From: an uncultured virus (IMG/VR IMGVR_UViG_3300043775_001647)
Taxonomy: Duplodnaviria; Heunggongvirae; Uroviricota; Caudoviricetes
IMG/VR virus record: IMGVR_UViG_3300043775_001647
Length of the DNA: 63,793 bases
Reading direction: 5' to 3' (one strand)
Shown here: positions 1 through 8,918 of the stretch, piece by piece
Numbering within the stretch: the first letter of the stretch is position 1
Layout of the letters: every line of letters begins with the position of its first letter
Notes under the pieces: generated by a model
The model's database searches: none
What the model was told of the DNA's origin: nothing
The model's input: only the letters and a program-made list of their open reading frames with translations
Program-made: the position numbers and the translations under genes

Positions 1-25
1 TCTTCTATATTGATCTATTTCCATA

Positions 26-304
26 TTACCATTGACTTAAAGTGTAGATTAATTTAGCAACATCACTTGCTGTTTGACGAGGCATAACATCACTTCCATC
101 TACAATCTCAAACCATCTCTCTCCATCAGTCATCAACCAATTCCCTTGATTATCCCAAGCAGCTACTTCTGCTGTTGTTTCACCAGCATCACTGTAGGTG
201 TGCTTGCCGAACTGAACGCTAATAGTACATCCGTTTTCGAAGGTCATTTGGAAGCCCTTATTGTAGCCTCTCTCAACCATTGTCTTAAATGCTTTATCTT
301 TCAT
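26..304 (-). CDS. hypothetical phage protein
   Basis: 92-aa ORF with an A-rich leader, directly downstream of a host-type promoter (319-349); no recognised motif. Confidence 0.7.
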   Translation of the reverse strand: MKDKAFKTMVERGYNKGFQMTFENGCTISVQFGKHTYSDAGETTAEVAAWDNQGNWLMTDGERWFEIVDGSDVMPRQTASDVAKLIYTLSQW

Positions 305-318
305 AACTTTTATTTATA

Positions 319-357
319 CTAATATACGAAAAAAGGCTCACATAAGCAAGCCTTTCC
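319..357 (-). promoter_or_regulatory. Bacteroidota-type promoter (TTG-N20-TATATTAG) overlapping an intrinsic terminator hairpin
   Basis: Minus strand AAAGGC-TTGCTTATGTGA-GCCTTTTTT-CG-TATATTAG; TTG at 349-347, -7 box at 326-319. Confidence 0.65.
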
Positions 358-362
358 TCAAA

Positions 363-1013
363 TTAATCCATGTCTTTTTCTGTAGAAGACCTAGTTTGTT
401 TCTTTTCTAATTCTTCTAATTGCCTTTCTAAACGATCAATACTACCCCAGATAATACTTGCTTTAGGATCTAGTCTCATAATATCAGCTACTAACTCTTC
501 CTGCCTGCCTCTGCTATAAAACCCACTTTCAATATCATCAGCTAGATCTTGCAAATGTTTAGGTGCATGAATAGAGATACGTAGGTCATAGTCTTGCCAT
601 TTAGTCTTCCAATCTACAAAAGCAATACCTTTAGTTAGCTTGCGTAGTAAGTTATGCAAAGTCCAGTTACGAACTCTTACAATAGATTTATCACTACCAA
701 ACACATGTAAGAAGCGTAAAAACCATCTTGGGCAGAATTTAGGCTTAGCTTCATAGTCCATAGCGAGTACTAGAGGATAAAGAGCATTAAAGTAATCACC
801 TCCTTCATCCCATATTTGTGTTCCTAAATACCCATACTTCTCAAATCCTTTAGGAAAGAATATGAAACGGAAATCATCTAACTCTATGTTACGAGTATAA
901 ATCCTTCCTTTACTGCGTCCTCTCCAAAATAATATACTATACTTGATATTATCTAAACGCTCTTTAAGCGTTGGTGGTTTGTAAAATTTACTATTTTTAT
1001 CTATTTTGCTCAT
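363..1013 (-). CDS. hypothetical phage protein
   Basis: Long ORF; the ATG at 1013 (MSKIDK) avoids the overlap with the upstream gene that the 1055 start creates. Confidence 0.7.
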   Translation of the reverse strand: MSKIDKNSKFYKPPTLKERLDNIKYSILFWRGRSKGRIYTRNIELDDFRFIFFPKGFEKYGYLGTQIWDEGGDYFNALYPLVLAMDYEAKPKFCPRWFLRFLHVFGSDKSIVRVRNWTLHNLLRKLTKGIAFVDWKTKWQDYDLRISIHAPKHLQDLADDIESGFYSRGRQEELVADIMRLDPKASIIWGSIDRLERQLEELEKKQTRSSTEKDMD

Positions 1014-1015
1014 AA

Positions 1016-1372
1016 TTATCTTCCGTAAAAAGTTCCGTAGAACCAGTTTGACCAACTGCGTTTCATTTTAGTTACTTTGATATCTACCCGTCGTTTTGCA
1101 CAAGTAATCATATAAGTCTTTGGCTTTCCTTCTAAGCTTCTAGTATACTGCTTTAAAGCTTTGCCAAAATCTATCTTATAGATACTAAACAGGAACCAGA
1201 ATAGTTTCTGCTGATGATAGTCGTCAAAGATCCATCGACCGCTCTTGTAAGTAGCTAATTTGCTGTTAGTAGTTGAACCTTCATGCCCGCTGAATAGTTC
1301 AAAATGATCTCGTTGAGGTTTAAAAACCAGGTACTCGGTTTCGCTTAAATTGTAAATGAATGTATTTTCCAT
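1016..1372 (-). CDS. hypothetical protein
   Basis: 118-aa ORF in tight operon spacing with an AAAAGTT-ATG leader. Confidence 0.7.
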   Translation of the reverse strand: MENTFIYNLSETEYLVFKPQRDHFELFSGHEGSTTNSKLATYKSGRWIFDDYHQQKLFWFLFSIYKIDFGKALKQYTRSLEGKPKTYMITCAKRRVDIKVTKMKRSWSNWFYGTFYGR

Positions 1373-1377
1373 AACTT

Positions 1378-1473
1378 TTATTTCTTATATCGATTTTCAA
1401 AAGAGTATTTTTGAACTGCTGCCACAATAAGGGCGATTAATCCGTAGAGGAATAGTACTGCTAAATATTTCAT
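1378..1473 (-). CDS. small single-TM membrane protein, 31 aa (not in ORF track)
   Basis: MKYLAVLFLYGLIALIVAAVQKYSFENRYKK*; follows the promoter at 1497-1527 and an A-rich AAGTT-ATG leader. Confidence 0.55.
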   Translation of the reverse strand: MKYLAVLFLYGLIALIVAAVQKYSFENRYKK

Positions 1474-1496
1474 AACTTATTTTTTTTATCTTATAC

Positions 1497-1527
1497 TTAA
1501 GATACGAACAATAATTCAATAAAGCAA
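1497..1527 (-). promoter_or_regulatory. Bacteroidota-type promoter TTG-N20-TATCTTAA
   Basis: Same spacing as the other copies in the window. Confidence 0.6.
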
Positions 1528-1530
1528 CTA

Positions 1531-2562
1531 TTAGTAAACTTTTCCTAAATCATCAGTCTTAGCTCGATTAGAAGCTTCCTGTATCTTTGATCTCTTACCC
1601 CAGGCTGAAAGATGCTTATCGTTTTCGATAGTTTCAATTTGGGTCTGTAGAGGGGGTTTCTGTTCTCCGGTGTAAACTTCGTAAGGTTCTTTTTCTTCAT
1701 CTTCGATTTTCCAATCATCCTCCTCTTCTTTAACTAAGGGTGCGTCTAACCATTCCTTATCTTCTTCAGTTAATTTAGGAGTAGGCTGTTCTTCCTTCTT
1801 TGTAAAAGCAAAGTTAGCAGCAATCACCAAAGCAATCGCCAATGGATCAAATACAAAAATAATAACCAGTAAGAACCAGTTGATGATTTTATCCATGGGC
1901 TGTCCTGTAAGCCCGGAAAGGTATTTCAAAGGACCTAACTCAGAAGAAACTGTTGAGTTTGTTTTAACTTCTAAAATTTTATTCTCTAATGAGAAGATAG
2001 AATCATTAACTCTATCGAGTTTACTGGAAAGTTTCTCGTCTGAATTAGATGCTGATTCGATTTGTTTGATGCTTGCATTATTGGACCTAACTACTAAGTT
2101 ACCTTTTTTGTCTGTGAATTGAGTTGTTGATCCTTTAGATAAACTCTCTTTTAATCCGGCTAAAGATTGTTTCTCTTTGTAGATTCCTTCTTGGGTCTGC
2201 TGATAAAGTTTCTTCTTAGTTTCAAGAGCAAGGATCTGCTGGTCGACAATGGTTGCTTTATTTGCTGTCTCTTGATAGGCTGATGATAAGAATCCGTAAA
2301 TACCTGCCGAGGTGATCAGGATTAACACAAAGGCTGCAATTGTTAGATAGGTTCTTAGTACCTTATTTAATTCAGACCAGTATTGATATAGGAGTGAAGC
2401 AGTAACTAGTTTAGCTACTTCTAGTGATCCAGCCATGATTCCTACTGCCAAAGATGCTCCGGCAAATAATTTCATTATACCGGACACAGAATAGAATGCA
2501 GCTGAAGCTGAAACTGCTAGAGCTGAGAATGCAATAATATATGGAAACAGTTTTTTACCCAT
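1531..2562 (-). CDS. multi-pass membrane protein with central coiled coil
   Basis: Three N-terminal hydrophobic segments, a heptad-rich middle, a further TM (WFLLVIIFVFDPLAIALVIAA) and an acidic tail; own promoter TTG-N20-TACATTAA at 2567-2597. Confidence 0.75.
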   Translation of the reverse strand: MGKKLFPYIIAFSALAVSASAAFYSVSGIMKLFAGASLAVGIMAGSLEVAKLVTASLLYQYWSELNKVLRTYLTIAAFVLILITSAGIYGFLSSAYQETANKATIVDQQILALETKKKLYQQTQEGIYKEKQSLAGLKESLSKGSTTQFTDKKGNLVVRSNNASIKQIESASNSDEKLSSKLDRVNDSIFSLENKILEVKTNSTVSSELGPLKYLSGLTGQPMDKIINWFLLVIIFVFDPLAIALVIAANFAFTKKEEQPTPKLTEEDKEWLDAPLVKEEEDDWKIEDEEKEPYEVYTGEQKPPLQTQIETIENDKHLSAWGKRSKIQEASNRAKTDDLGKVY

Positions 2563-2598
2563 ACTCTTAATGTATGTAATAAATAACTAAAGGGCAAG

Positions 2599-3000
2599 TT
2601 ATTCTGATTTATGTTTATCGATCTTATCTAGGATCGCTGTCAAAGCTTCATTCTTAATGAAGCCGGCCTGTGCTGCATTCTTTAATGCACTGATTACCTG
2701 AAATACTATTAATGGGATTAGAATCGTTTCTGATAACCAGGATGTTCCTTTGAATCCAGCTTCAACCATTATTAAGGCCGTCAAGGTTATGATCCAGGCA
2801 GTTAATGTTTTTAAGATTCTAACTGCTTTGTAAGTCTTAAAGCCTTCTCTTTTAGTTCCGGCAATGATACCGAAAAAACCATCCATGAAGATTACTGCAA
2901 CAACGGCAAGGTACTGCTCTGAGTTTTCCATTGCTAGGTTAAAAAAGTAGCTGCAAATGAATGCAAATGCTGCTGATGTTGCAAGAATCGTCGTCTTCAT
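2599..3000 (-). CDS. putative holin (phage holin family 4-like)
   Basis: 133 aa, 3-4 TMs, D-x-x-x-G-x-x-A motif followed by a basic loop, two genes from the endolysin. Confidence 0.65.
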   Translation of the reverse strand: MKTTILATSAAFAFICSYFFNLAMENSEQYLAVVAVIFMDGFFGIIAGTKREGFKTYKAVRILKTLTAWIITLTALIMVEAGFKGTSWLSETILIPLIVFQVISALKNAAQAGFIKNEALTAILDKIDKHKSE

Positions 3001-3001
3001 A

Positions 3002-3382
3002 TTATCCTATAAAATCATCTAAGTGGTCTGGAATGCCGTCACCGTCAACGTCGCATATTTCAACGTATCCGAATGCTTTCATAAAACTAGCCACTCTCTC
3101 TTTTAGATCATTGTCTGTATCTTCAAACCAATCTTCTTTTAGATTGTCATGATCTAAGATAGCAATCAGTGCGCTATAAATTTTATCAACATTCTCAACC
3201 AGGTAGATGTCGGATGCCATAAAGTCTAAGCTAAAAGCATAATCATCAATCTGTGGAATTTTAGTTAAAGAATCAATTTTACCAATCTTCTTTTCTTTTA
3301 AAGGCATTTCTTTGCCGAACTTATGAACGTATTCGCCCACGTAGATGTAACCCTGTCCTTCTGGTAATGTAAATTCGCTCAT
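3002..3382 (-). CDS. hypothetical protein (weak GIY-YIG/T5orf172-like pattern, C-terminal DxDxDG motif)
   Basis: GYIYV...KKIG...EDWF pattern; ends DVDGDGIPDHLDD. Confidence 0.55.
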   Translation of the reverse strand: MSEFTLPEGQGYIYVGEYVHKFGKEMPLKEKKIGKIDSLTKIPQIDDYAFSLDFMASDIYLVENVDKIYSALIAILDHDNLKEDWFEDTDNDLKERVASFMKAFGYVEICDVDGDGIPDHLDDFIG

Positions 3383-3383
3383 C

Positions 3384-4217
3384 TTATTTTAGTAAATTGT
3401 AATACTCTTTGAAATGTTTAATTCTGTCAGCAAGTCCAATTGTACCACCGTTAACCCTTTTAGTAACTGCAGTAACTGTTGCATCATCTGCTCCTCTGTC
3501 GCAAATGCCCCATAGCTTATTTGTATCAAAGAACCAAGCAGCTGATGCTAAAGGATACTTTGTAGCTACTAAATCTGGATTGGTTGTTGTATCCTCAGGA
3601 ACAAACTTGTCGAAAGCCATGTAATTTGCTTTTCCGGTCAATTGAATGTAACCTCTTCCTCTGAATTTAAAACCTTCTCCTGTTGCTTCTACTCCATTAC
3701 CCATTCTACCTCCGTAGACTCTTGAAGCAATCTTTTCTGGCTTACGAGCATAAGCTTCAGCTAAAGCCAAAGTTGGAAAGTATTTTCCAAAGATGCCCTG
3801 TAGTCCTTTTGAGGAGTAGTTTAAATTCTCCTGAACGGCTTTAAACCCACCTGATTCATGGCCGCATTGGGCCAAGAAGTGAGCAAGTCTTAAAGGAGAG
3901 GTGATATTAAATTTTACAGCAGTGTCAGCAATTTGAGCTATTACTGCGTCGGGAATGTGTCCCTTTAGTTTGTCTAATTTAAATGGACCTGATGGGATAG
4001 AAGCTGCAGCTGGTGCAGGGGCAGTACCTGGAGTTGTCCCGAACATCTTATTCCATGTTCCGTCTCCTACTATACCGTCAGCAGTTAATGCATTAGCTCT
4101 TTGCCATGCCTTGACCGCTTCTTCTGTCTTAGGTCCAAAAGTACCTATTGCTTCAACGCCTAATTTGGCTTGAAGTTTTTTAACGTCTTCGTTATTATCA
4201 CCTCTTTTTAGTAACAT
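3384..4217 (-). CDS. endolysin: N-terminal peptidoglycan-binding domain plus glycoside hydrolase family 19
   Basis: LKRGD..VKKLQ..ADGIVG PG-binding pattern; AHFLAQCGHESGGF, ENLNYS, FRGRGYIQLTG and VTKRVNGG GH19 motifs. Confidence 0.93.
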   Translation of the reverse strand: MLLKRGDNNEDVKKLQAKLGVEAIGTFGPKTEEAVKAWQRANALTADGIVGDGTWNKMFGTTPGTAPAPAAASIPSGPFKLDKLKGHIPDAVIAQIADTAVKFNITSPLRLAHFLAQCGHESGGFKAVQENLNYSSKGLQGIFGKYFPTLALAEAYARKPEKIASRVYGGRMGNGVEATGEGFKFRGRGYIQLTGKANYMAFDKFVPEDTTTNPDLVATKYPLASAAWFFDTNKLWGICDRGADDATVTAVTKRVNGGTIGLADRIKHFKEYYNLLK

Positions 4218-4219
4218 GA

Positions 4220-4489
4220 TTACCCTTCTTCTTCTTCTTGTTTTGGACTTTCGATGTCTTTCTTTCTGTTAGTCCATTTGTCAATAGATGCAATACCGAA
4301 TGAACCTAACACCATTACCATAAATCCGTCGAAGATAATTTTGTTAACAACAAATTCTTTACCTGCATAGCCGGTGATAATGTCTACTAAGAATGCTATA
4401 CAAAGCATTAAGAATGCGATGAAACCCACAACGCTTTTTTCGTTGATTGAGTTGTTATCGTCAAATAATTGATGGAAAAATTTTTTCAT
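4220..4489 (-). CDS. small 2-TM membrane protein (holin/antiholin candidate)
   Basis: Two hydrophobic segments and a charged C-tail, immediately upstream of the endolysin, own TATTTATA motif. Confidence 0.6.
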   Translation of the reverse strand: MKKFFHQLFDDNNSINEKSVVGFIAFLMLCIAFLVDIITGYAGKEFVVNKIIFDGFMVMVLGSFGIASIDKWTNRKKDIESPKQEEEEG

Positions 4490-4513
4490 ATCTTTTTTCT
4501 TTTGTTATAAATA

Positions 4514-4963
4514 TCAGAACTTTTTGGAAGCATCCTTAAGACTGGCTTGTAATGCTTTAGAAAATGCTTTTTTATTCAAAGGAACCTCACCATTTTCAAC
4601 ATTTAAGAACATTGCAAAGACGAAAGTGCGTCTTTCTCCTATTCCTTCCCAAGTTCCTGTATTAAAGGCTACTGAAGTTTTAACAATATAATCCTTTCTT
4701 AACCATTGAATGCCCATAATATTAAGCATTTGCTGTGGAGAATAAACAGAATCGATATAAACAGTGACTGTAAACCCTGAAGAATCTTTAGGAGAGTATC
4801 CTTTCTGTTCAATAATATATTCCTCAACTGTTTCTTTTACCCCGAAGGTAATGTCTCTTCCTCCAACCTTTTCAATTTTAGTATTGTTAACAACATCAAC
4901 ATGGAAGAAGGTTGAATCGGCAGGAGCCAAAGCAAATAAAACGGTAGCAAGTAGGTTTAACAT
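4514..4963 (-). CDS. exported protein, distant CsgG-like
   Basis: Signal peptide; ITFGVKETVEEYI and KAFSKALQASL resemble VGLGFAESVLDYL and STVGKATRKSL of the CsgG-like protein at 7547-8233. Confidence 0.5.
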   Translation of the reverse strand: MLNLLATVLFALAPADSTFFHVDVVNNTKIEKVGGRDITFGVKETVEEYIIEQKGYSPKDSSGFTVTVYIDSVYSPQQMLNIMGIQWLRKDYIVKTSVAFNTGTWEGIGERRTFVFAMFLNVENGEVPLNKKAFSKALQASLKDASKKF

Positions 4964-4975
4964 CTGTTATAAATA

Positions 4976-6181
4976 TTAGTAAGTTACTGCCCCGGAGTAT
5001 CCTGGTGCAATGATATAGAGGTTAAGTGTTCCTCCTGATGTTAAAGTGGAGGTAGTATGGTTAGTTACTCCCGGATAAGTTGCTCTTAGGTTTGTTGTAC
5101 CTGCAGCAATAGCATTGTACTGAGCAGTTGTAAAGATTCTCACATCAGGAGCTATTCTCCATTTAGAAAACCTACCAGCCTTCCTTGCAGCAACGTAGTA
5201 TTTGTCTGCAACAGAAATTATTCCATCGTCATTTACATCAAACATATGAAATGATAAACCGGTTCTAGCAGTCTTATTTAAAACAGTATTTGAAACAGCT
5301 TGAATGTCTGCTGTAGTATAGGCCTGTATTCTGGTTGGAGCGTCTACTTGAATTGTAAATTGATCACCGGCTGCTGTAGTTCTTGAAAAAGAATAATATC
5401 CTGATGAGTTTGTATTTGCGGTAGCATCTAATGAAGTGGAGGATGTTGTAGTACTTGAGGATGTATTTATCTCCCAGCTAGTACCCGAGAAGGAACCTGA
5501 AGTAACTAATGTGCTTGCTAACCAAGCACTACCTGTTGATATACCCATCACCTCCTGGTTAGAACCATCTGCAGTAAATGTTCTCCAAACCACTATCTGC
5601 TTTGAAGCTTGATTTTTAATGAAATATAAATCCCAGGTGTAGTTTACTCCTGTCTGATTGTATTTGCAATTACCTTCGTATCTTACTCTAAACACGTCTC
5701 CGTAAGTTGCATCTGTGTAACTTTCAGTTGAAACATAAGAAACGTTGTTGTCTGTAGAGCTATTATCTACCGAACCTATATGAATGGTTGGTTGATTAGG
5801 ACTAGTAGCATTTCCATTATATCCTGAGCTTGAGCTTGTTCCAAAACAAAACCAAGAGTTAGCATTTACGTGACCTGATGAATAAGTAGTACCTGCATAA
5901 GAAGGACTAAACCCAGAAGGAAAAGTAACAGCAACAGATGTTTCATCTGTATTAGCACTAGAAAAAAGCACTGAGGTTCCTCTTCCTCTATCAGAAGGAA
6001 TACCTGATGTTATTTTAGCTAGAGTACCTGATTTAGTAGTAGCACCTGCTGTACTTTTATAAAGTTTTACCGGAACATTATTTGCTCCAGATCCGTTTGC
6101 GTTGTAGAGGTAACCTGAGTAGGTAAATTGACCCATCAGGGAGTTAGTTAAAAAAAATAGTATAGCTATTAACCACCTCAT
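4976..6181 (-). CDS. exported Ser/Thr-rich protein with split Ig-like domain and C-terminal dockerin-like domain
   Basis: Signal peptide; TTADIQAV...FDVNDDGIISVAD dockerin-like repeat; AGRFSKW..DVRIFTTAQYNAI segment paralogous to the 8915-10807 protein. Confidence 0.65.
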   Translation of the reverse strand: MRWLIAILFFLTNSLMGQFTYSGYLYNANGSGANNVPVKLYKSTAGATTKSGTLAKITSGIPSDRGRGTSVLFSSANTDETSVAVTFPSGFSPSYAGTTYSSGHVNANSWFCFGTSSSSGYNGNATSPNQPTIHIGSVDNSSTDNNVSYVSTESYTDATYGDVFRVRYEGNCKYNQTGVNYTWDLYFIKNQASKQIVVWRTFTADGSNQEVMGISTGSAWLASTLVTSGSFSGTSWEINTSSSTTTSSTSLDATANTNSSGYYSFSRTTAAGDQFTIQVDAPTRIQAYTTADIQAVSNTVLNKTARTGLSFHMFDVNDDGIISVADKYYVAARKAGRFSKWRIAPDVRIFTTAQYNAIAAGTTNLRATYPGVTNHTTSTLTSGGTLNLYIIAPGYSGAVTY

Positions 6182-7563
6182 ATTTTCATTTTTGCTCCCA
6201 TTAGTATTTGGTAGTTTAGGATATCCTTACCGGCAATATAAGTACCTCCGGCAGTAATTCCAACTCCAAACGTCTTAGTTAGTCTGTAATTAAGGTTTAG
6301 GAATGGAATAACGATCGGTTTAGATTCAAAGAGAGACTCTGTGTAGTACTTGGAATACGGTGAATACACACCGGCCATGATCACTGTAGCATCTAAACTC
6401 TTAGTTACTTTTCCTTTATACATAAAACCACCAATAACGATAGTTGAAATCATTTCTTCTCCGAACATCTTACCGTAAGAACCAGCTGCACCGTAAAGTG
6501 CTGTAAAGTTTTTAACTGAGTTTACTCTAACAAATAGAGCTGTATTTGTAATTGATTTAGGTAAAATACTTAACCCATCTGAAATTACATTAATGTGTTT
6601 GTTTCCTTTCTTGTTTGCTCCTATCCAAGATCTAACTACTGAGAAGTTTCCAATCTTTGCATTGACCATGTAGTCAGCTGAGAAGCCTATTGAGGCTGAT
6701 CCATCTCCTTTTACTTTGGTGAATGAAGCTGTTCCTCTTGCATCCTGTGCTCCATTAGCTTTAGTCTGAACTCCAACAATATCTCCTGTCATTAGGATTG
6801 CAGGCTTGGCCGTCTCGACCTTGCCTTTACCGGCTGCCTTAGCCGAACTACTGGATTGTGATTTTTGTGTTTCGGTCTTTTGCTCTTCTACTTTCTCAGC
6901 AGAAGGTTCTTCAGTTTTTGGCTCTTCTGTCTTATTGCCTTCCCCACTGCCTGAACCAGACCCCGAACCTGAACCGCTACCGGAACCCGAACCGGACGAA
7001 CCTGACCCCGACGAGCCGTTCCCGCTGCCGCTTCCAGTGCCTGAACCAGGATCACTGCCATTACCGCTAGGAGGAGGAGGATTTCCATCTTCTGATTTTT
7101 CGTTTGACTGGTTGTTTTCATTTTTTGAATCAACACTTCCCGAACCAGATGAGGTTGTACCGCCAACGTTATTACCTACTCCTGCACCAGCAGAGCTACC
7201 AACGGATGAAAAATCTAAATTCGAAATTGAATTTAGGTTCATAACGTTGTTAACAATGTTTGAAACCGTATTTGTTTGAGTGGTAGTTGTGGTGGTTGTA
7301 ACTGCCCCTTGACAAGGTGATGTTGTTTTGTACTGGTTATAAATATTATTCATCCATAAATCAAAAGTACCATCTTGCAGTTCTAGGTAGCTGAATGCTT
7401 TTACTTGTCCGTAGTATGCAATTACAATCGGAGTAGACATATCAGCATTAATAAATTTGATCTCTTTAGTGCAAGGATCAACGTACGAATACATAAAGGA
7501 CTGCCCGTTTAGAGACAGTCCTATCATGAATAAAAAAAATAATATTTTAGTTTTTAAAGACAC
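6178..7563 (-). CDS. putative outer-membrane protein with Gly/Ser linker and C-terminal beta-barrel
   Basis: Signal peptide, long GS/low-complexity linker, C-terminal ~200 aa of alternating amphipathic strands. Confidence 0.6.
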   Translation of the reverse strand: MSLKTKILFFLFMIGLSLNGQSFMYSYVDPCTKEIKFINADMSTPIVIAYYGQVKAFSYLELQDGTFDLWMNNIYNQYKTTSPCQGAVTTTTTTTQTNTVSNIVNNVMNLNSISNLDFSSVGSSAGAGVGNNVGGTTSSGSGSVDSKNENNQSNEKSEDGNPPPPSGNGSDPGSGTGSGSGNGSSGSGSSGSGSGSGSGSGSGSGSGEGNKTEEPKTEEPSAEKVEEQKTETQKSQSSSSAKAAGKGKVETAKPAILMTGDIVGVQTKANGAQDARGTASFTKVKGDGSASIGFSADYMVNAKIGNFSVVRSWIGANKKGNKHINVISDGLSILPKSITNTALFVRVNSVKNFTALYGAAGSYGKMFGEEMISTIVIGGFMYKGKVTKSLDATVIMAGVYSPYSKYYTESLFESKPIVIPFLNLNYRLTKTFGVGITAGGTYIAGKDILNYQILMGAKMKI

Positions 7564-8233
7564 CGTTCCTGATTAAGCTTTCGATTACTTTGGTGGTAGC
7601 AGTCTCTAAAGACTTTCTAGTTGCTTTACCCACAGTACTTTGTGAAAACTTCATATCAAGAGATTTCAAGAACGATTCTCCTACTTTTGTTGACTCTCCT
7701 TCTCCAGATCCGATGTAGACCTGTCCCGTTGTAGCATCAACGAACCTAACTTGGAGACGTATGAAAGTAGTAACAACAACTTTGCTTTTACCCTTTTCAA
7801 CAGTCTCATCTTCATCAACAGCAAAATCGGCCACAGTAACATAAACAAAGTAACGAGCAGCTTTAATCTTACCCTTTCCATCAATGGGCTCTTCGAAGAC
7901 TCCTTTTTTAGAAGCTTTGAATTGGGTAACCATTCTTTCTTTGATTTCAGCTTTCTCTTCGGTGAATATAAATCTTCTTGTTTCATCTAAATAATCTAGT
8001 ACTGATTCGGCAAATCCTAACCCAACGTTCTTCTCTTGAAGGTCTGGGTACAAAGCTAAAACTTTAGTCATATCAACGTTAATTACCTGGACAGCATATT
8101 TCAAGCTATCTGTGTAATTTGATACTGAAGAGATATCTTTAGTTTCAATAACGTCTTGTTCGGTTGTAGTTTTCATTGAACCACATCCAATCATAATAAC
8201 CAATAAAAAAGCAACAAGGATATTTCTTACCAT
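7547..8233 (-). CDS. csgG: CsgG-family lipoprotein (curli assembly/transport component-like)
   Basis: Lipobox (IMIG-C); L..TRRF and RLQVRFVDATTGQVYIGSGEGES match the CsgG/HfaB family pattern. Confidence 0.72.
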   Translation of the reverse strand: MVRNILVAFLLVIMIGCGSMKTTTEQDVIETKDISSVSNYTDSLKYAVQVINVDMTKVLALYPDLQEKNVGLGFAESVLDYLDETRRFIFTEEKAEIKERMVTQFKASKKGVFEEPIDGKGKIKAARYFVYVTVADFAVDEDETVEKGKSKVVVTTFIRLQVRFVDATTGQVYIGSGEGESTKVGESFLKSLDMKFSQSTVGKATRKSLETATTKVIESLIRNGVFKN

Positions 8234-8538
8234 GGATCTTCTTCTTTAGGTTCAGGCTTGGTAGCAGGAGCAGCAACAGGTTTTTCAACTACACGCTCTT
8301 TAATGATTGTGTTTGTTCCACCGCTTGACTGCTTCTGTTGATTTGTGTTGTTGTTCTCTAGATTCACGTTAATAACAGGAGCAGGACCTTGTTCTGTTTT
8401 AGCTTCTTCTTTAGGCTCTTCGCCACCGCCTAAGTGGGTTGCAAACCAGGCACCGCCGGCTGTAACTGCTGTAGTGATAGCACCAATAATTGCTTTTTTG
8501 GTTGCTGACATTACGCCTTCTTCTTTTTCTTCTGACAT
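8227..8538 (-). CDS. single-TM protein with Asn/Gln-rich segment
   Basis: TM AIIGAITTAVTAGGAWFA; overlaps the start of csgG. Confidence 0.65.
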   Translation of the reverse strand: MSEEKEEGVMSATKKAIIGAITTAVTAGGAWFATHLGGGEEPKEEAKTEQGPAPVINVNLENNNTNQQKQSSGGTNTIIKERVVEKPVAAPATKPEPKEEDPW

Positions 8539-8555
8539 TTTATTTAGTTTTTATT

Positions 8556-8918
8556 TTAATCCTCTGTTGTACTTGATAAAGATACTCCGTCTTCTTCATC
8601 TGTTTTTTGAATTAACATTTTATCTCTATCTTCTGAATTGAACCAATAATCGATTACTTTGTTTAAGTTACCGACAAAGGCACCTAATAAGATCAACAAC
8701 ATTTCTTTCCAGTCGTCAGCTATCTGTACTCCAACGAATACTGCTGAGTTAATTCCTACAATGATTAAAGTAAATAACCCTAAGATTACTAATGTAATTT
8801 TCCATCTATTGTTCTGCATTTCCTGCAGCATGTTGTAGAATCGATTAGTATCGGATACTTTAGCAGCAGGTTCTGTTGTTGAACCCACTGCTTTTTTTAT
8901 TGTTTCTTTAATACTCAT
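8556..8918 (-). CDS. 2-TM membrane protein
   Basis: Two hydrophobic helices then VIDYWF; ATGA coupling to the upstream gene. Confidence 0.65.
   Translation of the reverse strand: MSIKETIKKAVGSTTEPAAKVSDTNRFYNMLQEMQNNRWKITLVILGLFTLIIVGINSAVFVGVQIADDWKEMLLILLGAFVGNLNKVIDYWFNSEDRDKMLIQKTDEEDGVSLSSTTED

Noticed and set aside
1014..1055. N-terminal extension of ORF 363-1055
   Set aside because: Overlaps the upstream gene; the ATG at 1013 gives normal operon spacing
6940..7080. GAACC-type short repeats
   Set aside because: They simply encode the Gly/Ser linker of the 6178-7563 protein
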